Numbered from the stretch's first letter, positions 24,143-38,325 are shown. The stretch: DNA of 64,000 nucleotides from Octopus bimaculoides (GCF_001194135.2 NC_068995.1:44021473-44085472), one strand, 5' to 3'. The notes: generated by a model not told the origin, from the letters alone. Program-made: numbers and translations.

Positions 24143-24349
24143 ACGGCTGCTGTCGTTGTTGTTGTTGTTGTTCTTTGTTGTTCGCTTTGATATGTGACTG
24201 TGTCTTGCTGTTATTTAATGTAACTACGTTAAATGTCTTTATTGGCAATGGTTTTTCAGAAGTGGTACATGCTTGCAATAAAATGTGAAGCTTAGCATTG
24301 TTGATGTTTTAGATATTGTTGCTTTAGTACATGTTGCGGTTGATGTTGA

Positions 24350-24420
24350 CGCTTTTGTCATTGTTGCTGTTGTTGTTGTGTTATGTTGCTGTTGATGATG
24401 TTCAACATTATATTGTTGTT

Positions 24421-24451
<31 letters not shown>

Positions 24452-24513
24452 TTGTTGTTGTAACTGTTGTGTTGTTATCGTTGTTGATTCTCATAGTTGT
24501 TGTTGTTGTTGTT
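24350..24513. repeat. Degenerate (TTG)n tract continuous with a SINE-B tail
   Basis: Direct reading. Confidence 0.9.
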
Positions 24514-24878
24514 GGCACTCCGTCGCTTACGACGTCGAGGGTTCCAGTTGATCCGATCAACGGAACAGCCTACTCATGAAATTAACGTGCAAGTGGCTGA
24601 GTAATCCACAGACACGTGTACCCTTAACGTAGTTCTCGGGGATATTCAGCGTGACACAGTGTGACAAGGCTGACCTTTTGAATTACAGGCACAACAGAAA
24701 CAGGAAGTAAGAGTGAGATAAAGTTGTGATGAAAGAGTACAGCAGGGTTCGCCACCATCCCCTGCCGGAGCCTCGTGGAACTTTAGGTGTTTTCGCTCAA
24801 TAAACACTCACAACGCTCGGTCTGAGAATCGAAACCGCGATCCTATGACTGCGAGTCCACTGCCCAAACCACTGGGCC
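24511..24878 (-). mobile_element. SINE-B, slightly 5'-truncated
   Basis: Near-identical to the reverse complement of 18312-18680. Confidence 0.95.
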
Positions 24879-24972
24879 AGGCCTAAATGAACAGACATAT
24901 TGTCAAATACGTTCCAGCTATAACCTTCTCTTCTTCTCTAGGAAAGCGATGGGTTTCTTATACTTTTACGCA

Positions 24973-25344
24973 TTTATCTTTTACTTTTTACTTGTGTGTC
25001 ATTAGACTGTGGCCATGCTGGGGTACCACCTTGAAAAATCTTCAGTCGACTGAATTGACCCCAGTACTTCTTCTTTTAAAAGCCTAATACTTATTTTATC
25101 GGCATCTTTTGCAGAACCACTAATTTACGGGAACATAAACACACCAACATCGGCTGTCAGTGGGTGGTGGGAGGAAAGACGCAGGCACAAAGGCGCACAT
25201 ACACATCTACCCAATCCACTCACAATGCTTTGGTCGTCTCGAAGCTATTACAGAAGACACTTGGCCGAGGTGCCATGCAGTGGGACTGAACCTGGAACTA
25301 TGTGGTTGGGAAGCAAACTTCTTACCTCAGCCACACCTGCACCT
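24973..25344 (-). mobile_element. Near full-length SINE-D
   Basis: Tail, body and head all match other D copies. Confidence 0.88.
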
Positions 25345-25525
25345 TACATTAGCAACTTATTCAGATTTGGCACAGGTTCCAATTTCTGGGGACTGGAAAA
25401 TTTTGGTACGAAAGGTTACTGATATTGGTAGATGCGATGGTTCCTTCAGTCCTAACTTTTTAAGGGTCTTTTATGACCCTAAATTTAGCAAGAATGTGGA
25501 GAATGACAACTGAAGAAGCGTCACT

Positions 25526-25579
<54 letters not shown>
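25526..25579. repeat. (TAG)n microsatellite
   Basis: Direct reading. Confidence 0.95.
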
Positions 25580-25580
<1 letters not shown>

Positions 25581-25695
25581 GAGCAACAGGAGGATAAGGT
25601 GGTGAGGGAGGAGACGAAGGATGAAGAAATAAATAAAGAGGGAGAGGAAAAGAGAGACAAACAAACTAACAAAACAGAAAGATGACGAACTGAGA

Positions 25696-25859
25696 AAGAA
25701 GAAGAAGAAGAAGAAGAAGAAGAAGAAGAAGAAGAAGAAGAAGAAGAAGAAGAAGAAGAAGAAGAAGAAGAAGAAGAAGAAGAAGAAGAAGAAGAAGAAG
25801 AAGAAGAAGAAGAAGAAGAAGAAGAAGAAGAAGAAGAAGAAGAAGAAGAAGAAGAAGAA
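25696..25859. repeat. (AAG)n microsatellite, about 55 units
   Basis: Direct reading. Confidence 0.97.
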
Positions 25860-26769
25860 TTAGTTGAGAGCTATAGAAGAAATAAAACTGCATTTTACAC
25901 GATTTCTTCAAAGTATTTTCCCCAACACACCGTTGTTAACTTCAAAGTGTTGCCACAATAGACGTTAGCTTTCCTCACGGTCACATAGTTTTCACTAATT
26001 TTCGCCAATTTTCTCCGATCAATTAAATCGATTTAGTCAACATATTTCACACCAACACCGACCTTATGTCTAGTCCAATTAATTCTATATTTATTAATTT
26101 TGTCATTTATTTTTAATGATTTTATATCCTCTCTGCTTGTAATTATTTTTAATTGAATTTTGTAAATTTATGGAACTCACTGCATTAATTTTGTCTGTCT
26201 ACATAAGTGCATTGTGTTTGTCTTTGTTTGCATGCTGACATGGATAGAAATATGTATATATGTATGTAACTATGTATGTATATACATGGCGCGGCTGAAA
26301 GCTTGCCCCGATTTCAAAGGTTAATAAAGAGCAAACACATGAAGATACAAGGAAAAACCATGCTCTCCACTCCAGGAAACAGAAAAAAATGGCATTTAAT
26401 GAACTTTATAGAAATACAAAGTTTTTTCGTGTATCTTCATGTGTTTCCTTTTTATAAACCTTTGAAATGGGGGAAAACTTTCTGCCGCTCCCTATATGTA
26501 TTCATATATGTACGTATACATGTATCTATATATATATATGTGCATGTGTGTATTGTATGCATGTATTCACGCTAAGTTTTATTTCGAGATATCTTGTGTA
26601 TATATACATACATACACACGCACATACAAGCACACACACACACGGATATATATGTATATGTATGTGTGTATATGTATATGTAATAATACAAATGGATTGA
26701 GGCTCGCTACATCTTTGTACGTACACACTGGTGGTACACGGGTGTGCTTCTTTAACTATAATTTAGTGT

Positions 26770-27040
26770 TCTGCGCAAAATTGTTTGCACGCCGAGCAAA
26801 ATGCTTCGCGCCATTACGTCAAGCGCTATGTTCTGAGTTCATATTCCGCCGAGGTTGACTTTGCTTTTCATTCTTTTGGGATTCGATAAGTTAAGTACCA
26901 GTGAAACACTGGGGTCGATAGAAGAGACCGGTAGAATAATTTCTAGAGTCGTTATGTTCGACTAAAACCCTTCAAGGCTGTGTTCCTGCATGCCTGCAGT
27001 GAAATGTCTCAAACAAGTTTTTGAATAAAAGAATAAAGAA
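26770..27040 (+). mobile_element. SINE-A joined to a SINE-D 3' end
   Basis: A core to about 26918 (GGGGTCGAT), then D tail GAAGAGACC..CGACTAAA..GAATAAAAGAA. Confidence 0.75.
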
Positions 27041-27058
27041 TGCGTGTGTGTGTGTGTG

Positions 27059-27720
27059 NNNNNNNNNNNNNNNNNNNNNNNNNNNNNNNNNNNNNNNNNN
27101 NNNNNNNNNNNNNNNNNNNNNNNNNNNNNNNNNNNNNNNNNNNNNNNNNNNNNNNNNNNNNNNNNNNNNNNNNNNNNNNNNNNNNNNNNNNNNNNNNNNN
27201 NNNNNNNNNNNNNNNNNNNNNNNNNNNNNNNNNNNNNNNNNNNNNNNNNNNNNNNNNNNNNNNNNNNNNNNNNNNNNNNNNNNNNNNNNNNNNNNNNNNN
27301 NNNNNNNNNNNNNNNNNNNNNNNNNNNNNNNNNNNNNNNNNNNNNNNNNNNNNNNNNNNNNNNNNNNNNNNNNNNNNNNNNNNNNNNNNNNNNNNNNNNN
27401 NNNNNNNNNNNNNNNNNNNNNNNNNNNNNNNNNNNNNNNNNNNNNNNNNNNNNNNNNNNNNNNNNNNNNNNNNNNNNNNNNNNNNNNNNNNNNNNNNNNN
27501 NNNNNNNNNNNNNNNNNNNNNNNNNNNNNNNNNNNNNNNNNNNNNNNNNNNNNNNNNNNNNNNNNNNNNNNNNNNNNNNNNNNNNNNNNNNNNNNNNNNN
27601 NNNNNNNNNNNNNNNNNNNNNNNNNNNNNNNNNNNNNNNNNNNNNNNNNNNNNNNNNNNNNNNNNNNNNNNNNNNNNNNNNNNNNNNNNNNNNNNNNNNN
27701 NNNNNNNNNNNNNNNNNNNN
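27059..27720. other. Assembly gap
   Basis: N-run between (TG)n tracts. Confidence 1.
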
Positions 27721-27777
<57 letters not shown>

Positions 27778-27889
27778 CGGTGTGTCTGTGTTTATGTGTC
27801 TAGACAAAAATAAGGAGTGTTAAAGAGAGTGGTTAGTGATTAATTTTATTTGGACAGACATACCTAGAGACAAATGCCTGTGTATTAAT

Positions 27890-27931
27890 AGACAGACAGA
27901 CAATCAGACAGACAGACAGACAGACAGACAG

Positions 27932-28015
<84 letters not shown>
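27890..28015. repeat. (GACA)n-(GATA)n microsatellite
   Basis: Direct reading. Confidence 0.95.
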
Positions 28016-28016
<1 letters not shown>

Positions 28017-28315
28017 ATGATTGATTGATGATTGGTTAGAGGAATGGATGGAAGGATGGAAAAATTTGAATGAGATATATACATATATTTGTAAACATAA
28101 ATATATGCGCGTTTATACATATACATATATATGTGTGTGTGTATATGTATTAAGAATGCATGTGTATATATATATAAACATGGAGGGTCATTAGACCAGA
28201 ACGAGGGCAAAATAGCGAACGCTGGAGAAATATTTTCTTTGAAAAGAGAAAAGATAGAAGAGAGGGATTGAAGATGTCCAGTCCTAAGGATGTTGTCGAG
28301 GAAAAGAAAGATGGT

Positions 28316-28356
<41 letters not shown>

Positions 28357-28431
28357 ATTATTTATATTATTCTATATTATTGTCTAGTTGAACGCAAAGC
28401 ACCCATTTCCAAGTAAGTATATATATATATA

Positions 28432-28988
28432 NNNNNNNNNNNNNNNNNNNNNNNNNNNNNNNNNNNNNNNNNNNNNNNNNNNNNNNNNNNNNNNNNNNNN
28501 NNNNNNNNNNNNNNNNNNNNNNNNNNNNNNNNNNNNNNNNNNNNNNNNNNNNNNNNNNNNNNNNNNNNNNNNNNNNNNNNNNNNNNNNNNNNNNNNNNNN
28601 NNNNNNNNNNNNNNNNNNNNNNNNNNNNNNNNNNNNNNNNNNNNNNNNNNNNNNNNNNNNNNNNNNNNNNNNNNNNNNNNNNNNNNNNNNNNNNNNNNNN
28701 NNNNNNNNNNNNNNNNNNNNNNNNNNNNNNNNNNNNNNNNNNNNNNNNNNNNNNNNNNNNNNNNNNNNNNNNNNNNNNNNNNNNNNNNNNNNNNNNNNNN
28801 NNNNNNNNNNNNNNNNNNNNNNNNNNNNNNNNNNNNNNNNNNNNNNNNNNNNNNNNNNNNNNNNNNNNNNNNNNNNNNNNNNNNNNNNNNNNNNNNNNNN
28901 NNNNNNNNNNNNNNNNNNNNNNNNNNNNNNNNNNNNNNNNNNNNNNNNNNNNNNNNNNNNNNNNNNNNNNNNNNNNNNNNNNNNNNNN
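28432..28988. other. Assembly gap
   Basis: N-run after (TA)n. Confidence 1.
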
Positions 28989-30269
28989 GCGTCTGAGTTA
29001 CAGGTGTTTCTTATGGGGCCCTCATTTGAACCTTGCATAGTATTAGCAGTTGTTGGAGGCCGTAATATTTTCTAGCCCTGAAGAGAGATATGTTGTTCTT
29101 TTCTTGTTCAGAATTGAACCAAATTTATGTGCGAAGAAAAAATATAATATTGGCTTTATATTTTATTATTTTGATTTTTTTTTTTTTTTTGCTGAAAATT
29201 CGAAAACTGGAAAATAAAGCATTAGCTCTCGGTGGGATTTCATTCATCAGGTGGATTAGGATAAAATTATTGCTATAAAACTACTCTAAATTATTCACCT
29301 CGTCCATTTACATTATCATATACCTATATGTGTGTGTGTATATATGTGCTTGTGTGTGCGAGTACTGGTGTGTATTGGTGTGGGGCGGATGTATGTGTGC
29401 ATATATACTTTATGACAGTCGTTTTCTAATTAGTGTCATATTTCTTGTGTAAAGGCCTGATATCGACCATTTTTCGATATAAAAAAATGTTGACTGAAAT
29501 TATTACGAAACTTAAAGTTATTATGATCATCATAATTGTAATCATCATCATCAATAACAAAACTAACATTATCTTTTAATGTCCTTATTGATTTTTACCT
29601 GCAATAGATGTGTGTATCTTGCTGTCTGCCAATTTCTCTCTCTCCTTCACTCTTTCTCTCTTTCACCCTCTCTCTCTCTCTCTCCCGTTCTATTTTTTCT
29701 CTCTTTCCCTTCCCGCTAATCATCTATGATTATTATTGCATCTCTCCATTTTGTGAACGTTCAGCGTTTCCGTTCGGTCTTCGAATTCCCTGTCAGTCTG
29801 ATATTTTCCACCTGTTAAATATGTCAACCTCCTTTTACTCTCTCCTCTTCCTACACCGCTTTCGACTTCACTTTACCACTCACTCCCCTCTTCGCTCTTT
29901 TCTTTTTCCTTTATTTTTCTTCTTTATTATCAACCAGCAGCTTTAGGGCTCCCAGCTTCAAGTAACACAAATTCTTCCTTTGGTTTGTCATTCTAAAGTA
30001 GTGCTTATCAAGGTGTGAAGTAAGGACCTCAGAACGTACTGGGGACAAAAGGAGCTGTAGAGAAACGATAGTTGCACCTCTACAGTTTTTTTTTTCCTTT
30101 CGTCTTTGTTTCCTAATTAAATATTAAAGAAAACTTAACTGAAATATTATGATAAAGAGCGTGTTAGTCATAATCACAGCAACAATGACAATAACGTCAA
30201 CATCAACAATAATAAGATGAGACTTCGAAACGTGAATAAATAAAGAGTATCTGATATATAACAGTTAAC

Positions 30270-30453
30270 ATCTATATTTTACTTGTTTAATCACTGGACT
30301 GCGGCCATACTGCAGCACCACCTTCAACGGGTTCGTCGAACAAATCAACCTCAGAATTTTTTGTCTCTTAAGTCTGGTACCGAGTCTATCGGTTTCTTTT
30401 AACAAACTGATAGAATACGGGGACGTAAACAAGCTAACATCGGTTGTCAAGCA
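30270..30453 (-). mobile_element. SINE-D 3' half
   Basis: Matches 17310-17490. Confidence 0.85.
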
Positions 30454-30508
30454 TAAGTTGTCACATGTACACACACTCACACATATATATATTCATATAC
30501 ATACATAC

Positions 30509-30542
<34 letters not shown>

Positions 30543-30651
30543 CTGTGTGTATATACATATAGATATGTATATATATAGAGAGAGAGAGAAAGAGAGATAT
30601 AGAGATAGATAGATATAGATATAAACATGTGTGTGCGTATATATATATATA

Positions 30652-30899
30652 NNNNNNNNNNNNNNNNNNNNNNNNNNNNNNNNNNNNNNNNNNNNNNNNN
30701 NNNNNNNNNNNNNNNNNNNNNNNNNNNNNNNNNNNNNNNNNNNNNNNNNNNNNNNNNNNNNNNNNNNNNNNNNNNNNNNNNNNNNNNNNNNNNNNNNNNN
30801 NNNNNNNNNNNNNNNNNNNNNNNNNNNNNNNNNNNNNNNNNNNNNNNNNNNNNNNNNNNNNNNNNNNNNNNNNNNNNNNNNNNNNNNNNNNNNNNNNNN
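30652..30899. other. Assembly gap
   Basis: N-run between (TA)n and (TG)n. Confidence 1.
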
Positions 30900-30959
<60 letters not shown>

Positions 30960-30963
<4 letters not shown>

Positions 30964-31182
30964 TGTCTTTTTGTCTGTGTCTGTACCTCATCACCGCTTG
31001 ACAACCGAAGCTAATGTGTTTACGTCCCCGTAACTTAGCGGTTCAGCAAAAGAGTAGGATAGTGTGAGTATCAGGCTTTTAAAAAACAAGTACTGCGTTT
31101 GATACATTCGACTAAAAATTTCAAGGTAGTGCCCCAGCAGGGCCGCAGCCAAATGATTGAAACGTGTAAAAGATAAAAGATA
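30960..31182 (+). mobile_element. SINE-D 3' half
   Basis: CGCTTGACAACCG..CCCCGTAACTTAGCGGTTC..CCCCAGCAGGGCCGCAG. Confidence 0.88.
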
Positions 31183-31194
31183 TTTATATATATG

Positions 31195-31358
31195 GTCCTC
31201 TTTCTACCAGATTCTGTCTACCAAATTTCCTCACAATGCACTGGCCAGCCCAAGGCTAGAGAAGAAGACACTTGCCCAAGGTACCCCTCAGTGGATCCGA
31301 ACTCGGAACCACGTGGCTGCAAGGCGAGTTTCTGAACCAAACAGCTATTCCTGTGCCT
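31195..31358 (-). mobile_element. SINE-D 5' half, diverged
   Basis: GTCTACCAAAT..GACACTTGCCCAAGG..CCTGTGCCT. Confidence 0.75.
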
Positions 31359-33236
31359 CTAAAATTGAAAATAAAGCTATACGTGTAAATTATAGACATT
31401 ATACAAACGTATAAATTAAAAGATATTATCAAAATTTTATTTCCATACATACAATAAAGATGGTGACAGCATTTGTAGCATTAGGAAACGCCCGAAGTTG
31501 TGTTGGCCTATATATGTATACGTTCAAGTAGCGCATTTAATTCTGCTGAAGAAAGCATTGAAATAGATTTAGTGAAAGAAAGGAAATGACAGAAAAAAGT
31601 CTGAGAGTCGCTGGTCTAAAGAAATAAGAGACGTGATATGTCAGTCGGTGACATTTGTTCTTTATTCTTGAATTAGCGTCAACGAAGGCACTAGTTCTTC
31701 TGACCTACAATGTAATTGGAGTCAAATAAGAGATTAGCTTTCATACCCAGTGACACATTTGGCGTCAGAGAAGAAACTAACTTTCCTACTCAGCGTCACA
31801 AAAACATGTGTAGTACAAATATGTTTTAGAGCGAAGTTAGACAACATTGTAATGTGTTAATTACTTGGACAAAGTAATTCTAATACTTACCTGTGCACTT
31901 AGGCACACGTACACATATACGCGCATATATATGCAAATATCTATTTATGTATGTACATAGATATGTACTTAAATACATACATACATACATACATACATAC
32001 ATACATACATACATACATACATGGTGGTTGTCTACTCCTTAAACAGAGTTTGACCACCTCCTGCACCTACACCTTAGCCCTTTCATGGCGTCTGATGTGG
32101 CTTTTTAAACCAGACAGTGTTTTGAAAAAACACCCACACAGATTGCACCTCTGATTTGCACTACCAATACCTGCAAGTAAGTTCTGCTCATTGTGGATCC
32201 TAACATGTCTTTTAAGATACATACATACATACATACATTACAAACTCGCTGGCTGTCGACCCACAGTCCCATATGACAACCCTTGGCTTTCCATCCGTCC
32301 TCCCCTGTAACGATGTAATTCCTCTCTGACAGGAGAGCTTTAATGCAGCTCTCACAGTTCTATAACTGCATAATATCTATAGCTTCATTCTTAGAACTTT
32401 TTATTAGTGAATGACATATCAATTATGCATTGTTAAACCTGGCATTGATCGGCAGGTTTAATCACAAGTTAGACGTTTAAAAACGTTTGTGTGCCTCACC
32501 TGCAATTTCAAGTCAATCCATGTTTAGAACGAGAATAAGATGACAGAGGATTTCTGCAAACTCTTTCATTCTTCCTCTCTGCAGCAGAAATATTGTTTTC
32601 CATCTTACGAGCTACACCATGCAACTTTGCGAGAGATATCTGCTGCGTCTCCTTTTTTTCAGCAATGATAAATAAGATTTCTCTATTCCATGTGATTTAC
32701 TGCTAATTTTTCGCCGTATTACTTTCGATTCTTATTTTTCTTCAATCTTCAAACGATCTTAATATCTCTTCATATGCTGGTGCCGAGTTCTCTTATGGTC
32801 CATCAACAATTCGCCAAATACATTTGGTATAGAGAAATTTATTTATTTGTTGATATATTCATACAACCATCTTCATATAATGGCATATATCTGCCTTTGA
32901 GTTTTTGTAAAGTTGTGTACGCTAATGTTTATTTTTCAAGATATACGTATGCTCGTAAAAATTTTTATCATTTAACTTTATGGTAATCTTTTATTTTCCA
33001 ATTTTTTTATCTCTCCTTTTTATTGTATATTGGTAATTCGAGAGACTAACAATCTTATAAATAATTTATCGATGTGTGTATGTAAATAAGTGTGAGTAAA
33101 TATGTAAGTAGAGTCGTGTGTGGATGTGTTTATGTCAAGGTGCAGGTGCGTGTGTGTTTGTATGTGACCCAGAAATTTGTATATATGCATAAATATGTCT
33201 TTATGTATATTTCTTTCGATGTATATGTCAGTATAC

Positions 33237-34047
33237 ATCGAACGTAATAGTCTAACGTAATATGTCTAATGTAATAGCACCGCATGATAGGATTAGCTAA
33301 ATCCTTTTTAAGTCAAGGTTTGAGGTATCGTGGTCCATTCGAGTAGTGAGTTTTTGTTGAGTTGTATCCAGGTATAGGTGGCTTATATGGTATCCCTTGA
33401 AGAAATTTGTCTAGATTCCGTTTAAAAGTGATCGGATCCTGTTCCTCTCTCATCTGTTTCGGGACAATGTTGAGGAAAAGAAATTGTGTCACAGTGTATC
33501 TATGTGTTGTGATCCTGAACTGGGTAGGGGACATATGACCCGTAGTCCTAGTCTTAGATGAATTTTGAAGCTAATTTTGAGGTCGTTTGGGCAATGCTGG
33601 TGGTGTATTCTCCACGTCGTGCGAATGGTGTATCGCTCACGGCGAGCAGAAGAGAATAGAGTTTCAATGCTTTAAGGCGATCCCAATAATCGAGATCAGT
33701 TATGCCCTTAATTCTTTTAGTGAATGACCTCTGGGATGATTCAATTTTCGAAATGTTTTGTTTTGTATGGGGAGACCACAGGGAGCAGCAGTATTCGAGG
33801 TTATGGCCGTACACAAGAGGAGAAGAGAGAAATGGTAACATCTTGTTCGCTGGACCGGAAGGTTCTGAGGATCCAAGAGTTCAACCTACGATCTATATCG
33901 ACTTTATTGTAGCTGAGATTGTTACCAACAATTACTCCAAGGTTTCTGATATTATTATATGTTCTGAGTGGTTCCTCTGAAGAAGTGAGTATGGCTGTTT
34001 TAGCATAGTCTTTCTTCCAAAATGCTTCAGCTCAAATTTATTCCCTC
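33237..34047 (-). pseudogene. CR1-clade LINE 3' fragment
   Basis: NIRNLGV..WILRTF..LEYCCSLWSPH..IESSQRSFTKRIKG..DYWDRLKALKLYSL..FKRNLDKFL; short tandem tail (TATTACRTTAGAC-like) near 33237-33285. Confidence 0.88.
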
Positions 34048-34133
34048 GTTTAGTTGCATTCACTGCACCATATATATATAAATTATTAAGGTGTCTATCT
34101 GTAATTTAAAAGCCAAAGGGCACAAGTGGCATT

Positions 34134-34136
<3 letters not shown>

Positions 34137-34219
<83 letters not shown>
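34137..34219. repeat. (TG)n microsatellite
   Basis: Direct reading. Confidence 0.97.
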
Positions 34220-34222
<3 letters not shown>

Positions 34223-34839
34223 ATCGGTGTGAATGAATGTGCGTCTATTTTTTTCAATACGCATGCTTCTTGCAAGTACATCGGATGCAGGGCAACAAAG
34301 CAGCAGTTAAGACTACAATCTATTTTTCCTTTAAATTAACAAGAAACAAGCCTAGTATAATATGATGGCCTGCTGAACCACGGCGACAATTGACCTCTAC
34401 GCGTACGTACTATACTTACAAAGGGTTATAGTTAATAGCATATTTTATCTGTCTTAATTATCTATTGGTTAACTTTACTGTTTTTAATTAGTCTACTTTT
34501 ATGATTTGTTTTCTTTATTTTAGTTGTGTTTGTTTTTATTTATTGAATTTGCTCAGATAGATATTCTGTGGAATACGGTTTTAATTTAGTGAATATTATG
34601 TATTCGTACCTGAGGAGTCTTTATTCAACAGTGTTCCTGAAATAATGCGGATGTAATGTAATAAATTTAATGAATGTATTACGTAACAATATTTTGTCAG
34701 TTGTCTGCTAGCAACGTGAATATGAATAGCAGCATTATGCAATAAAGCGTATTTACTCAATCCAATCTCTCCTGTTTACATAACGTGTGTGCACGTGTGT
34801 ATGTATGTGTGCGTATATATATACACACACCCACACACA

Positions 34840-34879
<40 letters not shown>

Positions 34880-35076
34880 NNNNNNNNNNNNNNNNNNNNN
34901 NNNNNNNNNNNNNNNNNNNNNNNNNNNNNNNNNNNNNNNNNNNNNNNNNNNNNNNNNNNNNNNNNNNNNNNNNNNNNNNNNNNNNNNNNNNNNNNNNNNN
35001 NNNNNNNNNNNNNNNNNNNNNNNNNNNNNNNNNNNNNNNNNNNNNNNNNNNNNNNNNNNNNNNNNNNNNNNNNNNN
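34880..35076. other. Assembly gap
   Basis: N-run between (CA)n and (TA)n. Confidence 1.
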
Positions 35077-35237
35077 TATATATATATATATATATATATA
35101 TTCTCTACGGACATTCATGGAATTTTGGATGTATCTTCATTAATACGATCGGCTTTCGTTGCAAAATTGCAGCTGCAATCCAATACCAGTGGATAAGCTT
35201 TATAAAGCAAACTACAAGATTCATACCCTAATTGAAC

Positions 35238-35238
35238 T

Positions 35239-35318
<80 letters not shown>
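35238..35318. repeat. (GATA)n microsatellite
   Basis: Direct reading. Confidence 0.97.
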
Positions 35319-35319
<1 letters not shown>

Positions 35320-35865
35320 ACAATTGAAAGAACTTTGAAATAAAATGCCAGTGTGTGTAAAATCTATGTATGTATAAAAGTGGAACAACCTTGTAATATT
35401 TTAACGAAATATCTCAGGGGCATCGCTCAAAACACCGATGGATAACCAGATAAAAATAACTTAGTTATTGCTGTTCCATATTTGTATAGCAATTATAAAT
35501 GTTATACGTACTAGTACTTTAATCTGATGCTGTTTATGTGTGTTTATACATTTAATTCTATCCTGTCTACCTTTCCCACACATCAGCAAATATTTTGGGC
35601 AAGTTTTTACCCATTTCTACATCAGAGAAAACAACAAGATCATAAACGTCCACACCATTCGTCACTGAGGAGACCAAATCAATTTAAAACTCTGTGTCTG
35701 AGGATCCACTGTCGTTCTGAGCAAATTTTTAAAACTCATATGAGAATTTGAGATGTTTCTCTGAGACAAATATTACAGCCAGTGCAGTCCCACTTTTGTA
35801 AATCGGTTATAAATTATACGCAGCAGTAGTTGTATATATGTATCGATGTATATGAATATATATAT

Positions 35866-36742
35866 NNNNNNNNNNNNNNNNNNNNNNNNNNNNNNNNNNN
35901 NNNNNNNNNNNNNNNNNNNNNNNNNNNNNNNNNNNNNNNNNNNNNNNNNNNNNNNNNNNNNNNNNNNNNNNNNNNNNNNNNNNNNNNNNNNNNNNNNNNN
36001 NNNNNNNNNNNNNNNNNNNNNNNNNNNNNNNNNNNNNNNNNNNNNNNNNNNNNNNNNNNNNNNNNNNNNNNNNNNNNNNNNNNNNNNNNNNNNNNNNNNN
36101 NNNNNNNNNNNNNNNNNNNNNNNNNNNNNNNNNNNNNNNNNNNNNNNNNNNNNNNNNNNNNNNNNNNNNNNNNNNNNNNNNNNNNNNNNNNNNNNNNNNN
36201 NNNNNNNNNNNNNNNNNNNNNNNNNNNNNNNNNNNNNNNNNNNNNNNNNNNNNNNNNNNNNNNNNNNNNNNNNNNNNNNNNNNNNNNNNNNNNNNNNNNN
36301 NNNNNNNNNNNNNNNNNNNNNNNNNNNNNNNNNNNNNNNNNNNNNNNNNNNNNNNNNNNNNNNNNNNNNNNNNNNNNNNNNNNNNNNNNNNNNNNNNNNN
36401 NNNNNNNNNNNNNNNNNNNNNNNNNNNNNNNNNNNNNNNNNNNNNNNNNNNNNNNNNNNNNNNNNNNNNNNNNNNNNNNNNNNNNNNNNNNNNNNNNNNN
36501 NNNNNNNNNNNNNNNNNNNNNNNNNNNNNNNNNNNNNNNNNNNNNNNNNNNNNNNNNNNNNNNNNNNNNNNNNNNNNNNNNNNNNNNNNNNNNNNNNNNN
36601 NNNNNNNNNNNNNNNNNNNNNNNNNNNNNNNNNNNNNNNNNNNNNNNNNNNNNNNNNNNNNNNNNNNNNNNNNNNNNNNNNNNNNNNNNNNNNNNNNNNN
36701 NNNNNNNNNNNNNNNNNNNNNNNNNNNNNNNNNNNNNNNNNN
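35866..36742. other. Assembly gap
   Basis: N-run between (TA)n tracts. Confidence 1.
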
Positions 36743-36777
<35 letters not shown>

Positions 36778-37310
36778 TGTATGTGTGTATGTATATATGT
36801 ATGTATGCATGTACACATACACGCATACATATATACATACACATAATACATATGCATGTATACATACAGATACACGCATACAAATATATAAACACATACA
36901 CATGTATTCGTCCATACACAACTATGCGAATATACATATGTACACGTATAAAGACAAATACACACATAGATGCTTAAATATATTCATACATATGCACCAA
37001 TATGTACATTTACACATATAAATACAACCTTACGCACACATCTACATACACATTCATACATACACACATATATACACACATATACACTTACACGTCCAAA
37101 GCGACACAAGTACTCACTCATTCACACATAATGTATATACATATGCACAAATATGTATATAGACAATGCGTTTACACATATATACAGGCACGTACATACA
37201 CATGCATTAGACGTAGACACACATTCATACACACACACATACACATGTATGCACGTACACATACGTATGCATACATACACATATATGCACATATATATGC
37301 ATATAAGTAA
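36743..37310. repeat. Degenerate (TATG)n/(CA)n low-complexity tract
   Basis: Direct reading. Confidence 0.88.
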
Positions 37311-38325
37311 ACTAATGCGCCCGAGCAAGCAACTGTATTTCAAATACAGTCTGTATGTCGACTAATATCCAGATGAGCAAACACAAAGTAGCTACCATTA
37401 AAGAGAGAGAAGGAAGATGTTCCATACATAGATAACATGTATAAAGTTAGATATCTGTGTGATCTTCCTGCATGGTTCTACCAGTCAGTACAAAAATCGA
37501 TCCAATCTACTAAAAATACCTGTGTTTCACACTCCGATTAATCACAATATTACGTTGTAAAAATAAAGAGTTCACTTGTAATTTTCCAGATGTAGTTATT
37601 AATGATATGGTGGACCTTTTCTAATCATAATTTTTACATCTGGTTTCATCTTTCAGGTTTAATGTTATTATTGAGACATTTAAAAACTTCCTACATTATA
37701 AAACAATGTCAGGTCATAAATGTATAGCTGTGCGCTCATCAAATATTGCAGTGAACAAGCAGGTTCGTTAGAGGGCTGGTTAAAGTGGTTTGCTTTGTTT
37801 GTTCCGGTTCTCTGCAATCTGAGTTCAAATCTTACCGAAATCAAATTTATATTTTCGAGGTCTATAAATGAAGTACGACTTATGTACAGAAATCGATTCT
37901 CATTTCTCTCTCCCTCTCTCTTCATCTCTCTCTGCCTCTCTCTCTCTTTCTCTTCACTATAACTGACAAAATGGATTTTTTTTAAAGGTCATCTGAGAGT
38001 GTATTGTATTCTACAATGAAAATTTCATAATGAACTCGTCGATAAAGAGAGGTTGCTAGGAATCATTCTTTTACTTGATGGTGCAGGGAAAGAAGGAAGT
38101 TATGGGCTTAGATCTTTGATTGATATTTTGTGGTTCTAACCCTCGAGGCCAACAGAACATTTATAACTATCTAAATGGATCGTACTTTGTTTTGTTTTAC
38201 TTTTGGTATTTATTTTTATTTTATTCTTGATCGTATCTCGGCACGTTTTGCTGTTTCAGCGGATATTGTTTCCCTGACTCTATTTACTGAACTGTGATTA
38301 GTAGTTCAATTGGTGTAAGGTGGCA

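Noticed and set aside
29750-29800. Penelope terminal-repeat/hammerhead-like segment
   Set aside because: The core reads CTGACAG rather than CUGANGA and lacks a proper stem II.
32047-32182. AG...GTAAGT-bounded putative exon
   Set aside because: Stops in all three frames.
34605-34650. CTGAGGA...GAAA hammerhead-like spacing
   Set aside because: The intervening sequence does not form stem II; at best a decayed Penelope end.
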